Positions 28,366 to 36,924 of a stretch of DNA of 64,000 nucleotides are shown here, piece after piece. The first letter of the stretch is position 1. Each line of letters opens with the position of its first letter. The DNA is taken from assembly GCF_028368995.1 (NCBI RefSeq), contig NZ_JAQNDL010000002.1, forward strand, positions 1,536,001 to 1,600,000, read 5' to 3'. Below the pieces are notes generated by a model that saw only the letters and a program-made list of their open reading frames with translations, was not told the origin of the DNA and did not search any database. This DNA is from Nannocystis bainbridge. Lineage in GTDB: Bacteria; Myxococcota_A; Polyangia; Nannocystales; Nannocystaceae. Position numbers and translations under genes: made by a program.

Positions 28366-28902
28366 CTAAGAGGCAGGGCGGACGGAGGGTTCGGGCTCGC
28401 GCTGCACCTGCTGCAGGCCCACGGGGAGCACGACGCCGGTTAGGATCCCGATCGCCAGGGGCCGGGGATCCTCGCGCTCGTATTCCTCGCCGGCCAGCTC
28501 GGCGAGCCGGGCGGGATCGGCCTCGAGCACCCACCGCGCCGCGATCGCGGCGGCCAGATTGGCCCCGAGCTCGATCCCGCGTAGCATGACCGGCTGCGCC
28601 GCCCAGGCGGCCCGCCACTCCGCGAGCAGGTCATCGATCACCTGCGTCACCCACTCCGGCGGCAGGCGCACGGGGCGGCCGAGGGCGGCCTCGATCTCTT
28701 GGGGGCTGAACTGCGGGGCGTCGTCAACCGCGTCGTCGGTCCAGGCGGCCATCTCCTTCGCGGCGGCGATCCTCGGCGGCCCGTCGCCGGCGGCGGGCCG
28801 GATCACGAAGCCACCCGTGGGGTTTCGCTTTCCCACGACCCACTTCTTCCCGCCGAGTCTCACGGCCTGTCCCTCACCGGGCGCGAATGGCTTTTCGGAC
28901 AT
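28366..28902 (-). CDS. Hypothetical protein
   Basis: 178-aa ORF starting 4 nt after the dnaB stop, with AGGAG upstream. Confidence 0.65.
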   Translation of the reverse strand: MSEKPFAPGEGQAVRLGGKKWVVGKRNPTGGFVIRPAAGDGPPRIAAAKEMAAWTDDAVDDAPQFSPQEIEAALGRPVRLPPEWVTQVIDDLLAEWRAAWAAQPVMLRGIELGANLAAAIAARWVLEADPARLAELAGEEYEREDPRPLAIGILTGVVLPVGLQQVQREPEPSVRPAS

Positions 28903-28906
28903 GTTC

Positions 28907-30262
28907 TTACAATCTCCTCTGCAGTACCGCGAAGCGGCGGAGGGCCTTCACGTAGGCCAGCCGGATCACCCCGGTCGCGCCGTGACGGTTCTTGGCGACC
29001 AGGATCTCGGCCGTGCCCGCGACCTCCGCGAGCCTTTGCCGGTTCTGGGACGAGCCATCGATCAAGTAGAGCTCTTCACGGAACACGAACAGCGCCGCGG
29101 ATGCGTCGTATTCGAGCCGGCCGCACTCCCGCAGATCGGCGAGCCCTGGCCGGTGCCCTTGACGTGCCTCGCTGGCGCGGTTCAGGGCCGCGATCACCAG
29201 AATGGGGATCGCCAGGTCCTTCGACAGCCGCTTGAGGGCTCGGCTGATCTCGGCGACCTCGAGGTCGCGCCGCTCGTAGCCGCCCGGCGTCTCGGTCGCT
29301 TTGACCAGCTGGACGTAGTCCAGAACGATCAGGCCCATCCCGTCGGGGTTGAGCCGCCGCCACTCTCGGGCCCGCTCCTCGATCTGCGTGATCGTGAAGC
29401 TCTCGCAGTCGATCGACAGACGCCCGGCCGCGATCCGTTCGGCCGCGTCAAAAATCGCGTCGCTGGATTCGTCGTCCAGGATGCGGGCGGCGACCTTCTT
29501 TGCGTCGATGCCCGACTCTTGGGCCAGCAGCGCCTCGACCACCTCGGCCTCGGGCATTTCCAGCTCGATCAGCAGGACCGGCCGCACCGGATCGTCGCCC
29601 AGCTCGCGCTGGATGTTCCGGGGCACCGCGAGCGCGCGGGCGACCTGCAGCGCGAGGGAGGTCTTGCCATGCCCTGGCCTCCCACCGAGGACGTAGACGT
29701 TGCCCGGCCGCATCCCGCCGACCATCTCGTCGATCTGCGGGATGCCCCACGACAAGCGCGGCGGCGGTCCCTCTTTCCACGCGCGGAAGAGGTCGGCGAT
29801 CGCATCGCGGGCCGTCCGGAGGCCGGTCCCGTCCCGGCGGGTCTCGGCCACGCGAGCCGCCCGGATCCGCAGCTCGGCCGGGTCGGCGTCGGGCGCCCCG
29901 CAGCGTTCGGCGAGGTCGAGCGCGGCGAACCGAAGCTCCCGCAGCGTACCCAGCCGCCGCAACTCGGCGGCGTGGCGCGGGAGCGTCGCGCGCGGCGCAG
30001 ACGCGTCGGCGAGGCCACTCAGGTACACCAGATCGACGAGCTTGGGGTGGCGCTGGCGCAGCTCGGCGTCGACGGTCACCGGGTCGACCTGCACCCCGCG
30101 CGCCGCAAGCTCGCGGGCGGTCATTACGATCTCCGCGAGGCCGCGCGCGGTGAAGTCCTCGGCGGGCCGGAGCGTCGCCACGGCATCGAGCGCCGCGGCA
30201 CCGAAGACGAGCACCGCGCCCACGACGGCGCGCTCGGTTGGCACGTGTGCCTGGCAGCTCAT
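28907..30262 (-). CDS. dnaB: Replicative DNA helicase, DnaB family (element-encoded)
   Basis: N-terminal domain ERAVVGAVL, Walker A GGRPGHGKT, LIVLDYVQL, EISRALKRLSKDLAIPI, LADLRECGRLEYDA, VAKNRHG. Confidence 0.93.
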   Translation of the reverse strand: MSCQAHVPTERAVVGAVLVFGAAALDAVATLRPAEDFTARGLAEIVMTARELAARGVQVDPVTVDAELRQRHPKLVDLVYLSGLADASAPRATLPRHAAELRRLGTLRELRFAALDLAERCGAPDADPAELRIRAARVAETRRDGTGLRTARDAIADLFRAWKEGPPPRLSWGIPQIDEMVGGMRPGNVYVLGGRPGHGKTSLALQVARALAVPRNIQRELGDDPVRPVLLIELEMPEAEVVEALLAQESGIDAKKVAARILDDESSDAIFDAAERIAAGRLSIDCESFTITQIEERAREWRRLNPDGMGLIVLDYVQLVKATETPGGYERRDLEVAEISRALKRLSKDLAIPILVIAALNRASEARQGHRPGLADLRECGRLEYDASAALFVFREELYLIDGSSQNRQRLAEVAGTAEILVAKNRHGATGVIRLAYVKALRRFAVLQRRL

Positions 30263-30921
30263 CGGACCCCCGTCGCCGCTCGCAGCCGGCGCAGACCCGC
30301 GGCCCGAAGCACCATCACCCAGTTACGCGACAAGCTCAGGCGGGGGGCCATCTGCGACGGCGTGTCCCCGTGGGCGTGCCACAGCACGATCTGGCGCGTG
30401 CGCGGGTCCAGTCGCGAGAACGCCTCCCGCACCTGCTCGAAGCGACGCTGGTCCTCGACTCGTTCATCGAGCGGCCGGGCGTCACGATCCGGCGGCCCGC
30501 CCAGACGTTCCTCGCACTCGCGGCTTTCGCCATCGCGGCCCCGGCCCCGCCTGCCCCATGCGCCAGGGCCGATCCGACGCGAGCGCGCCTGATCTTCCTC
30601 GGACCGCGACCACCAGGGTTGCGCCGCGCCCTCGCCGAATTGCCTCGCTTGAGCGCGCAGCGCGTCACGCAGGCGCCAGCGCGCCCACGTGGTCCAGCGC
30701 GAACCGCAGTCGGGTTGATACGAGCGTGCGGCGCTCAAGAGTGCCTCGCCGACCACCTCCTCGGCCTCGTCCGCGGCGAGGCCGATCCGCGGCGCCAGGG
30801 CGCGCGCGTGATTGAGGGCGACGCGATACACCGCGGCGACGAGGGCCGCCTCGCCGCGGCGCCGGTCTACGCGAAGCAGCGCGACCAGGGTCGCCTCGAG
30901 CTCTCGCTCCAGGGTCAGCAC
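30259..30921 (-). CDS. Sigma-70 family RNA polymerase sigma factor
   Basis: Region 2 ALLSAARSYQPDCGSRWTTWARWRLR; region 4 AFSRLDPRTRQIV..TPSQMAPRLSLS..GLRRLR. Confidence 0.75.
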   Translation of the reverse strand: MLTLERELEATLVALLRVDRRRGEAALVAAVYRVALNHARALAPRIGLAADEAEEVVGEALLSAARSYQPDCGSRWTTWARWRLRDALRAQARQFGEGAAQPWWSRSEEDQARSRRIGPGAWGRRGRGRDGESRECEERLGGPPDRDARPLDERVEDQRRFEQVREAFSRLDPRTRQIVLWHAHGDTPSQMAPRLSLSRNWVMVLRAAGLRRLRAATGVR

Positions 30922-31663
30922 GGAGGGGCCTCCGCGCGGGGCCACCACGGCCGCGCGAGCAGCCGGTCGGCGAGCATGGACGCTGTCACGGTCGCCCGGG
31001 GCTCGGGCGGGGCGCCGGCGAGCCGGGCCGCCCGCCACCCGTCACGCGTCCACCAGCGCACGGCGGCGCGGTCCGGCCGGGGCAACGGCGCGAGCAGGCG
31101 GCGCAACCTCTCGAGCCCCACGTGACGGAGCACGCGCACCGCGGCGACCCGCTCGCCCGGCGCATCGGGGACGGCCGCGCCGATCGATTCTGCGGCGCGG
31201 AGCGGATCGGAGGCGCCCGCCAGCGTCCACCCGGTCATCAGGCGCCCGCCCACGCGACGCCGATCGCGGACGATCGCCCCCGCGGCTTCAAGCCGGCGCA
31301 GTTGCCGGTAAATCGTCGACCTGTCCACCCCGAGATCCTCGGCCATCGACGACGGCGTGGGCGCGGCCCAGCCGTCCGCTAGCCGCAGTCGGAGATAGGC
31401 GAGGAGGCCGTTCGACGGCGGCGCTTGCTGCTTTCGTAGGTTCGTAGCGCCAGCTCGCCGCAGGCTCGCGCGGCGCGGCGTGTCCGGGCGGACAGGTCGA
31501 TCGCCGGGCCGCCGATGCCCCACACGAGCCACGGCCACGGGCCCGGGGCGACCGATCGCGTTTGGACCACATGGGGGCCGTCTACGGGCCCGAGAATCCA
31601 GACGCCCGACCCGGGCGCCGACTCCCGCCACGACTGCTTCTTCGGACCTGTCCCTTTGACCAC
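30915..31663 (-). pseudogene. HTH DNA-binding (replication-initiator-like) gene, apparently frameshifted at 31433-31447
   Basis: HTH PTPSSMAEDLGVDRSTIYRQLRRLEAAGAI has no start upstream of the domain; removing 8 bp of a tandem repeat fuses it to the 31379-31663 ORF. Confidence 0.55.
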
Positions 31664-32680
31664 TCACGCGCCCCCCTCGACTTGTGCGCACCGCCACGCC
31701 GCAGCGAGCCCGACATCGCGTTCCTCCCAGGGCGACATGCCGCCCAGGGTCCGCGCGAGCCGCTCGGCGACGAGGAGCGCCGACTCCAGATCCGCACACT
31801 CCCGCGACCGGAGCGCGCCGTGGCTCGTCGCCGACGCCCGCCACGGCTCGCGGGACTCCGGCGAGGCCGGCCCCCTCACCTCGGCGCGGACGCCCGCGAA
31901 CACCCGCACCAGCTCGCGCGAGTCGTCGGGCCGCTGCCACCCCGATCCAGGCGCCGACCCGGGCCAGGCCAGGCCCGCCGGGCCCGCCAGATCCCACGCG
32001 CGCCGCAACGACGCCGAGACGGCCCCGTCCCCCGCGCTCTCCGCTGCGCCGACGAGCGCGAGCACCTCGGCCTCGGCCTCGGACAGCTCGGGACCGCGAC
32101 GGGCGGCGATCGTCGACCGGAGGAGGCCGGCCGACATCGCGTTCCGGCTCATACCGCGATCGAGGACCGCCAGCGACGCGACGCCCTCGGCGTCGAGCGG
32201 CGTGTCCAGGTCGAGCGTGACGACGTGGCGCCCCCGGAGGCGGCCCGGGTCCAGCTCGCCGTGATAGGCGGTCTCGAAGGTGCCGAGCAGCGCCGACAGC
32301 TCGCCCACGCCCAAGGCCCTTGCGAGTTGCTCGCCGCTGCTATCCTCGAACGGCCGCGGGCCGTTGCGGCCGACGAACGCCGGCGAGCGGCGACCGACGA
32401 GCAGCGCTCGCGGGGCAACCGGCGCGGGCACTTCCCAAGCCGGCGAGCCGCCGACCTCGACCCAGCCCCACCCCGCGAGGGCCTCGGCGGCGCCCGGGGC
32501 TTGCAGGTCGACGTGGCCCAAGCCGAGGAACGCGGACAGGTCGCCACCACGGTCGCCGCCGCCGAGGTCGCGCGCGTGGGCGGGGCTGTAGCGCCCGAGC
32601 GGCGCGACGATCAGCCGCGGGGGCGACTCGGCGAGGCCGACCATCCACCAACCGCGCGCGACCAGCGGAGCGCGGACCAT
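31664..32680 (-). CDS. Hypothetical protein with degenerate uracil-DNA-glycosylase-like segment
   Basis: RALLVGRRSP..GPRPFEDSSGEQLARAL..HVVTLD resembles family-4 UDG motif A. Confidence 0.5.
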   Translation of the reverse strand: MVRAPLVARGWWMVGLAESPPRLIVAPLGRYSPAHARDLGGGDRGGDLSAFLGLGHVDLQAPGAAEALAGWGWVEVGGSPAWEVPAPVAPRALLVGRRSPAFVGRNGPRPFEDSSGEQLARALGVGELSALLGTFETAYHGELDPGRLRGRHVVTLDLDTPLDAEGVASLAVLDRGMSRNAMSAGLLRSTIAARRGPELSEAEAEVLALVGAAESAGDGAVSASLRRAWDLAGPAGLAWPGSAPGSGWQRPDDSRELVRVFAGVRAEVRGPASPESREPWRASATSHGALRSRECADLESALLVAERLARTLGGMSPWEERDVGLAAAWRCAQVEGGA

Positions 32681-33492
32681 CACAGCATCGCCTCCGCGTG
32701 CTCCGCACACGTTGCCCGCTGGGCGGCCCACGCGACTCCGAGGTCGTCGCAGTCGTTCGGGCGGGTGAGCAGCGCCCGGGCCATGACCGGGTCGCCGCAG
32801 AACGGGCGGAGCAGCCGCTCCGCGAGCGGCGGCTCGTGGCGTAGGCCGTCGGTCGCCACGTACGCGCCGAGGACGGGCCCGTCCGCGTAGAGCATCGTCC
32901 GCAAGTCGCGGGCCGCGGCGGTCGGGCCCCGGCGAGCGTTGAGCGCGGCGAGCTCGACGTGGGTCTCGTTGAGCCGCTCGCCCGCCACGGCCTGAAAGTC
33001 CGCCCCGATCGGGTGCCGCGTCGCGTCGCCCCGGACGACGGTCGCCGCCGGCGCGACGATCCCCCAGGCCCCATCGCCCGAGCACCAGATCGCCGTCCAG
33101 GTGACCGTCACCACCGCGAGGACGATCGTTGTCGCCAGCGCCCGCGCGGCGGTCTCGCGCTGAAGCTCGCTCCAAATCCCATGCAGACCGTGATGAAGCG
33201 CCGCGCAGGCTTGCGCCCGCGTGTCGCACGGCCCGGCCCCGCGCCGCAGGGCGGCCATCGCCCCTTCCGCCGTCAGCTCGGCGGCGAGGTAGGCGCCCAC
33301 GTGCGCATGCGATGCCAGACCGTCCACGAGGGTCACGCCGTCGGCGACCGCGAGCACGACACCCTCGGAATGGGATCGCATCGTCGCATGGTCCTGCGGC
33401 ACGAGGCCGCGGGCGGCCTTTGCCCCCGGCGCGGTCATGCAAGCCGCGTAAAAGTCGCGGGACAACCTCAGCGGTTCCGGCCACATGGTCAC
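32680..33492 (-). CDS. PP2C-like protein phosphatase
   Basis: PQD, VLAVADG, LATTIVLA, GDG, VATDGL, DD motifs in PP2C order. Confidence 0.8.
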   Translation of the reverse strand: MTMWPEPLRLSRDFYAACMTAPGAKAARGLVPQDHATMRSHSEGVVLAVADGVTLVDGLASHAHVGAYLAAELTAEGAMAALRRGAGPCDTRAQACAALHHGLHGIWSELQRETAARALATTIVLAVVTVTWTAIWCSGDGAWGIVAPAATVVRGDATRHPIGADFQAVAGERLNETHVELAALNARRGPTAAARDLRTMLYADGPVLGAYVATDGLRHEPPLAERLLRPFCGDPVMARALLTRPNDCDDLGVAWAAQRATCAEHAEAML

Positions 33493-33836
33493 GGGCTCCC
33501 GTCGGGTGAGTCGCCGGGCAGCCGCGCCGGCGCGGTGAGGGGGTCGCTCTCGACGCTTGCCCGACGGCCGTCCGCGTCGCCGACGAGGTCCGCCTCGGCG
33601 GGGTCCGCCTCGTACATCAACACGGGGAACGCCCGGATCACGTAGCGCTCTTGCGGACCGGCGGGCACCTCGGCGACGACCGCGACGATCGGCTCGTGCA
33701 GGTCGGGCAGCTCGTGATCCTCGGCTACTTCGACCGCGGCAGCGCTGGCCGACTCGGCGAACCGGATCTCGTCGATCTTGAACCTCGCGATCGTGACGCG
33801 ATAGGGACACTCGGGGTTGTCGGGGCAGGAGTTCAT
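33489..33836 (-). CDS. Hypothetical protein (one copy of a repeated domain)
   Basis: PYRVT..AESASAAAVEVAEDHEL..RYVIRAFPVLMYEA; paralogous to 33912-34433. Confidence 0.65.
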   Translation of the reverse strand: MNSCPDNPECPYRVTIARFKIDEIRFAESASAAAVEVAEDHELPDLHEPIVAVVAEVPAGPQERYVIRAFPVLMYEADPAEADLVGDADGRRASVESDPLTAPARLPGDSPDGSP

Positions 33837-33911
33837 GAGCAGCTCTTCCGGTGGGTCACGAATAGCGACACGTCGATCAGGTGTTCGAGGCTCACGACGC
33901 GGCAAGGGCAT

Positions 33912-34433
33912 TCAGGCGCCATGCTTTTCCCCGTCCTCGCTGCGGTCCGGCCCTTCGGCCTCCGCTTCGTAAACGACCGCGGGATAGGCCCGAATGCGGA
34001 ACCGCGACGGCGCCCCCCCCGGCGGCGCGACGGTCACGACCACGGGCCCGAGCACCGCGTCGAGTTCGTAATCATCGGCGACCGCCTCGGCGGCCTCCTG
34101 CGGGCTCTCGGCCCGTTGGACCACGTCGATCCCGTGCTTAGGCGCGGTGACACGGAACAGCCGCGGAGCGTCCTTCGGCTCAAGCTCAGGCAAGGCCGCG
34201 AGCGGGCCAGCGAGACGCCGCGCCCGGTAGAGGGGCACGGGCAGCACGCTGATCTCGTACATGTAACCCGGCTCGCCCTCGGCGGCCACGTTGACGTGCA
34301 GAGTAGCGAGGCTGTCGCCGAGCTCGTGTTTCTCGGCGAAGAGTTCGGCGGCCGCCTCCGGGCTCGCAGCGTCGATCGTCTCGGCGCTGTCCAGAAACGT
34401 CACTCGGTAAGGGCGGCACGGGCAGCGGGTCAC
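33912..34433 (-). CDS. Hypothetical protein with two tandem copies of a ~80-aa domain
   Basis: PYRVT..AASPEAAAE..EL and FRVT..AESPQEAAE..EL; GTGA overlap with the integrase stop. Confidence 0.7.
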   Translation of the reverse strand: MTRCPCRPYRVTFLDSAETIDAASPEAAAELFAEKHELGDSLATLHVNVAAEGEPGYMYEISVLPVPLYRARRLAGPLAALPELEPKDAPRLFRVTAPKHGIDVVQRAESPQEAAEAVADDYELDAVLGPVVVTVAPPGGAPSRFRIRAYPAVVYEAEAEGPDRSEDGEKHGA

Positions 34434-35872
34434 GATGCCCCCCTCTTGCGCATGCCGAGGGCGGCCACCTGCTCGGCGGCCCGCCTCGCGCCCTCGCTCT
34501 CGGCTCCTTCGCCGTAGACGCGGAGCGTCGTCCGGGGGTTCGTGTGGCCAAGCGCCATCATGATCCCCATCAGGTCGACGTTGCACGCCAGTGCTCGATG
34601 CGTGAACGTGTGGCGCATGTCGTGCGCCGTCCGCCGCTCGATCCCCGCGAGCGCACAAGCTCTCTCGAGGAAGCGGTTAACCGCCGTCTCCAACGCTTCG
34701 AGCGTGCGCCCGTCGAACAGCGGCCCCTCGCCGACGAGGCGACCCTGGAAGGCGGCGACCTCCCGGGCTTCCTCGTCCAGATAGATGATCCGCGCAACGT
34801 GGGTCTTGGTCTCGGGCAGGTGGACGCGCCCCTCGGGTCGCAGGTCGGCGACCTCCGTCCGCGAGGTCTCACCGATGCGAGCGCCGCTGAAGAGCAGCAG
34901 GCGGGCCACAACTGCGGGCGCGACGTAGTAGGCGAGCGACGGACCGGTGCGTTTCCTCTGCACCCCTTCGCGGATTCGCTGGATCAGCAGAAAGTTAATG
35001 GCGTCGCGCAGAGGCGCCATGTCGGTCTCGTCCACGGGCTTTGGCCGCTCGCGGACGTTCCGGGCCTCGACGTTCTCGGTCGGATCGAACCCCAGCTTGA
35101 TCCGCTTCTTCGTCGCCACGAACGCGAGCAGCGTCCGCAACCGGTGCAGGAGCAGGTAGGCCGTTCCCTTGCTCAGCTCGTGGGCCTTCTCTGCTTCGAG
35201 CGTGTTTCGCTTCGGCGAGAGGTAGTGAAACCACGCCTCCACGTTCTCGTCGTTGAGCTCGCCGAGTGGGATGTCGCCAAACAGTCGCCCCTCGGGGTCG
35301 CCGACCGGGACGTCCAGCTTGGTCTCGAGGTACCCGTAGCTCTCGGCGGTCTTCTCGGAGGCGTCCTTGCGCTGGGCGCGGCGCTCCAAGCTGTCGACCC
35401 AATGCGCTGCCGCGAGGCGCAGCGGCGACGCGATGGTGAGGGGCGCGAGCGCCCGCGGGTTCTTGGGCTTTCGCGGGCGGGGCTGCGCGCCGGGCCTCGG
35501 CGCCTGCGGCTGCGGCGGCGTTTCGCCGTCCGGCCGCGCGACGGTCGGCACGGTCTCCACGGGCAAGCCCAGGCGTCGCGCGAAGGCGCAGACCGAGCGC
35601 AACTGCGTGAGCGCGGCGTACGCGACCTTCGCCCCCCGGTGCTCCGATAGGTGCGCGTACCAGGCGAGCTCGGTCTTGGGGTTGAGCTGCTCGATCGGCA
35701 GGTCCGCGATCGAGCCGGCGGGGTCCTCGCAGCACCGCAGCTTGGGCACGAGCACGCTGCGGCACCACGTCACGGTGGTCCGCTTGACCTCGGCCGGCGT
35801 GCCGTCCGCGCGGGGAGCCGCGCGAGACTCCATGTCGGCGAGCCAGCGCGCCGTGGCTTCCCCCACGGTCAT
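34430..35872 (-). CDS. int: Tyrosine recombinase/integrase
   Basis: SGARIGE (R), ETKT (K), HDMRH, ALGH, LRVY (Y); two core-binding-like N-terminal regions; frame open upstream into the tRNA (GTG at 35989). Confidence 0.92.
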   Translation of the reverse strand: MTVGEATARWLADMESRAAPRADGTPAEVKRTTVTWCRSVLVPKLRCCEDPAGSIADLPIEQLNPKTELAWYAHLSEHRGAKVAYAALTQLRSVCAFARRLGLPVETVPTVARPDGETPPQPQAPRPGAQPRPRKPKNPRALAPLTIASPLRLAAAHWVDSLERRAQRKDASEKTAESYGYLETKLDVPVGDPEGRLFGDIPLGELNDENVEAWFHYLSPKRNTLEAEKAHELSKGTAYLLLHRLRTLLAFVATKKRIKLGFDPTENVEARNVRERPKPVDETDMAPLRDAINFLLIQRIREGVQRKRTGPSLAYYVAPAVVARLLLFSGARIGETSRTEVADLRPEGRVHLPETKTHVARIIYLDEEAREVAAFQGRLVGEGPLFDGRTLEALETAVNRFLERACALAGIERRTAHDMRHTFTHRALACNVDLMGIMMALGHTNPRTTLRVYGEGAESEGARRAAEQVAALGMRKRGAS

Positions 35873-35949
35873 GTGCGCGACCTCCGGCGCTTGACCGTGG
35901 CGGATCTCCGCGAACAGTCCAGCCAGCCCGGCCGCTTCGATTAAACTGT

Positions 35950-35973
35950 CCAGCCCCCCTTGAGGGGGACTGG
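35950..35973 (-). terminator. GC hairpin immediately 3' of the tRNA (terminator-like)
   Basis: Minus strand CCAGTCCCCCT-CA-AGGGGGGCTGG followed by ACAGTTTAA. Confidence 0.55.
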
Positions 35974-35977
35974 TTCC

Positions 35978-36054
35978 TGGCGCCCGCACCAGGAATCGAA
36001 CCTGGGACCTACAGTTTAGGAAACTGTCGCTCTATCCAACTGAGCTATGCGAGC
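35978..36054 (-). tRNA. tRNA-Arg (anticodon CCT)
   Basis: GCTCGCA acceptor stem, D arm TAGCTCAGTTGGATAGAGC, anticodon arm ACAGT-TTCCTAA-ACTGT, T arm GGTTCGATTCC, encoded CCA. Confidence 0.97.
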
Positions 36055-36229
36055 GGGACCGGGAGGGTGGCCGAACTGCCCCGTCTCCGCAAGAGCCGAA
36101 CGCGGCGCGAGGGGGCCACGGCGGGCCCCCCGGGCGATCTTCGGGCCCGGGCGCGAGCGTCGGAGGGCCGCGACAGGGACCGGCCGGGCGGCCTTGACAC
36201 GGGCGCATAATTGCGCGCTTCATGATCGT

Positions 36230-36841
36230 GTGAAATCGCTCGTCCTGCCCCTGGCCCTCTGCGCCGCCCTGCCCGCCTGCGACGTGACCGCGGGCTCGGA
36301 GCCCGCCGCGGCGCGATCGACGACCGTGGCGGCGCAGACGCCGTCTCGCGGGCGCCTGGTCGCCGGTGAACGGGTCGAGCGCGTCATCGCCTGGCCTGAC
36401 CCGGCCTCACGCGACGAGCGAACGCGCGCGCGCCTGTCCCCCGCGGCGCTGGCAGCGGTCGCGGCCTCGCCGGTGCCGGTGCTCGCGCCCGCCGACCCGC
36501 TGTGGCGCCCGCCGCAGATCTCGAGCCCGCGGACGCCGGACGGCCCGGGCTTCGGCTTCAGCCTGGCGACGGCGGCGCCCGGGCGGACGCTGACGCTGCA
36601 CGGATCGCGCCTGGCGACGCTGCTGGCCGACGTCGGCCGCCACGAGGGCCCCGAGCGGCTGCGCGGGGTCCCTGGGTTCGTCAGCGCCAACGAGGGGATC
36701 GTGACGGCGACGTGGATCGAGCACGGGGCCGCGTACGCCCTCGACCTCGAGTGCGCGTCGACCCGCGATCCCGCCTGCGCTCTGCCAGCGCTGCGCGCCG
36801 AGGTCGAGGCGCTGGTGCTCGTCGGCGGAGGTGAGCGATGA
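36230..36841 (+). CDS. Lipoprotein
   Basis: MKSLVLPLALCAALPAC lipobox. Confidence 0.7.
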   Translation: MKSLVLPLALCAALPACDVTAGSEPAAARSTTVAAQTPSRGRLVAGERVERVIAWPDPASRDERTRARLSPAALAAVAASPVPVLAPADPLWRPPQISSPRTPDGPGFGFSLATAAPGRTLTLHGSRLATLLADVGRHEGPERLRGVPGFVSANEGIVTATWIEHGAAYALDLECASTRDPACALPALRAEVEALVLVGGGER

Positions 36842-36924
36842 CGACGCGGTGGCACATGTCCGATCGGTCATGTCAGCGTAAAGGCCGGCGAACGACATGG
36901 CTCAAGGAGCATGTCCGAGGGGTC

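Larger units (their letters stand above)
1..35977. mobile_element. Integrated provirus/integrative element at the 3' end of tRNA-Arg(CCT); left boundary uncertain, may extend beyond the window
   Basis: Tyrosine integrase directly adjoins the tRNA 3' end. DnaB, sigma factor, DNA MTase, XRE HTH, peptidoglycan hydrolase and many short hypothetical genes are coupled by ATGA/GTGA overlaps. Housekeeping-type genes resume to the right of the tRNA. Confidence 0.85.

Noticed and set aside
36194-36226. TTGACA as a sigma-70 -35 box
   Set aside because: No -10 element at 16-18 bp spacing
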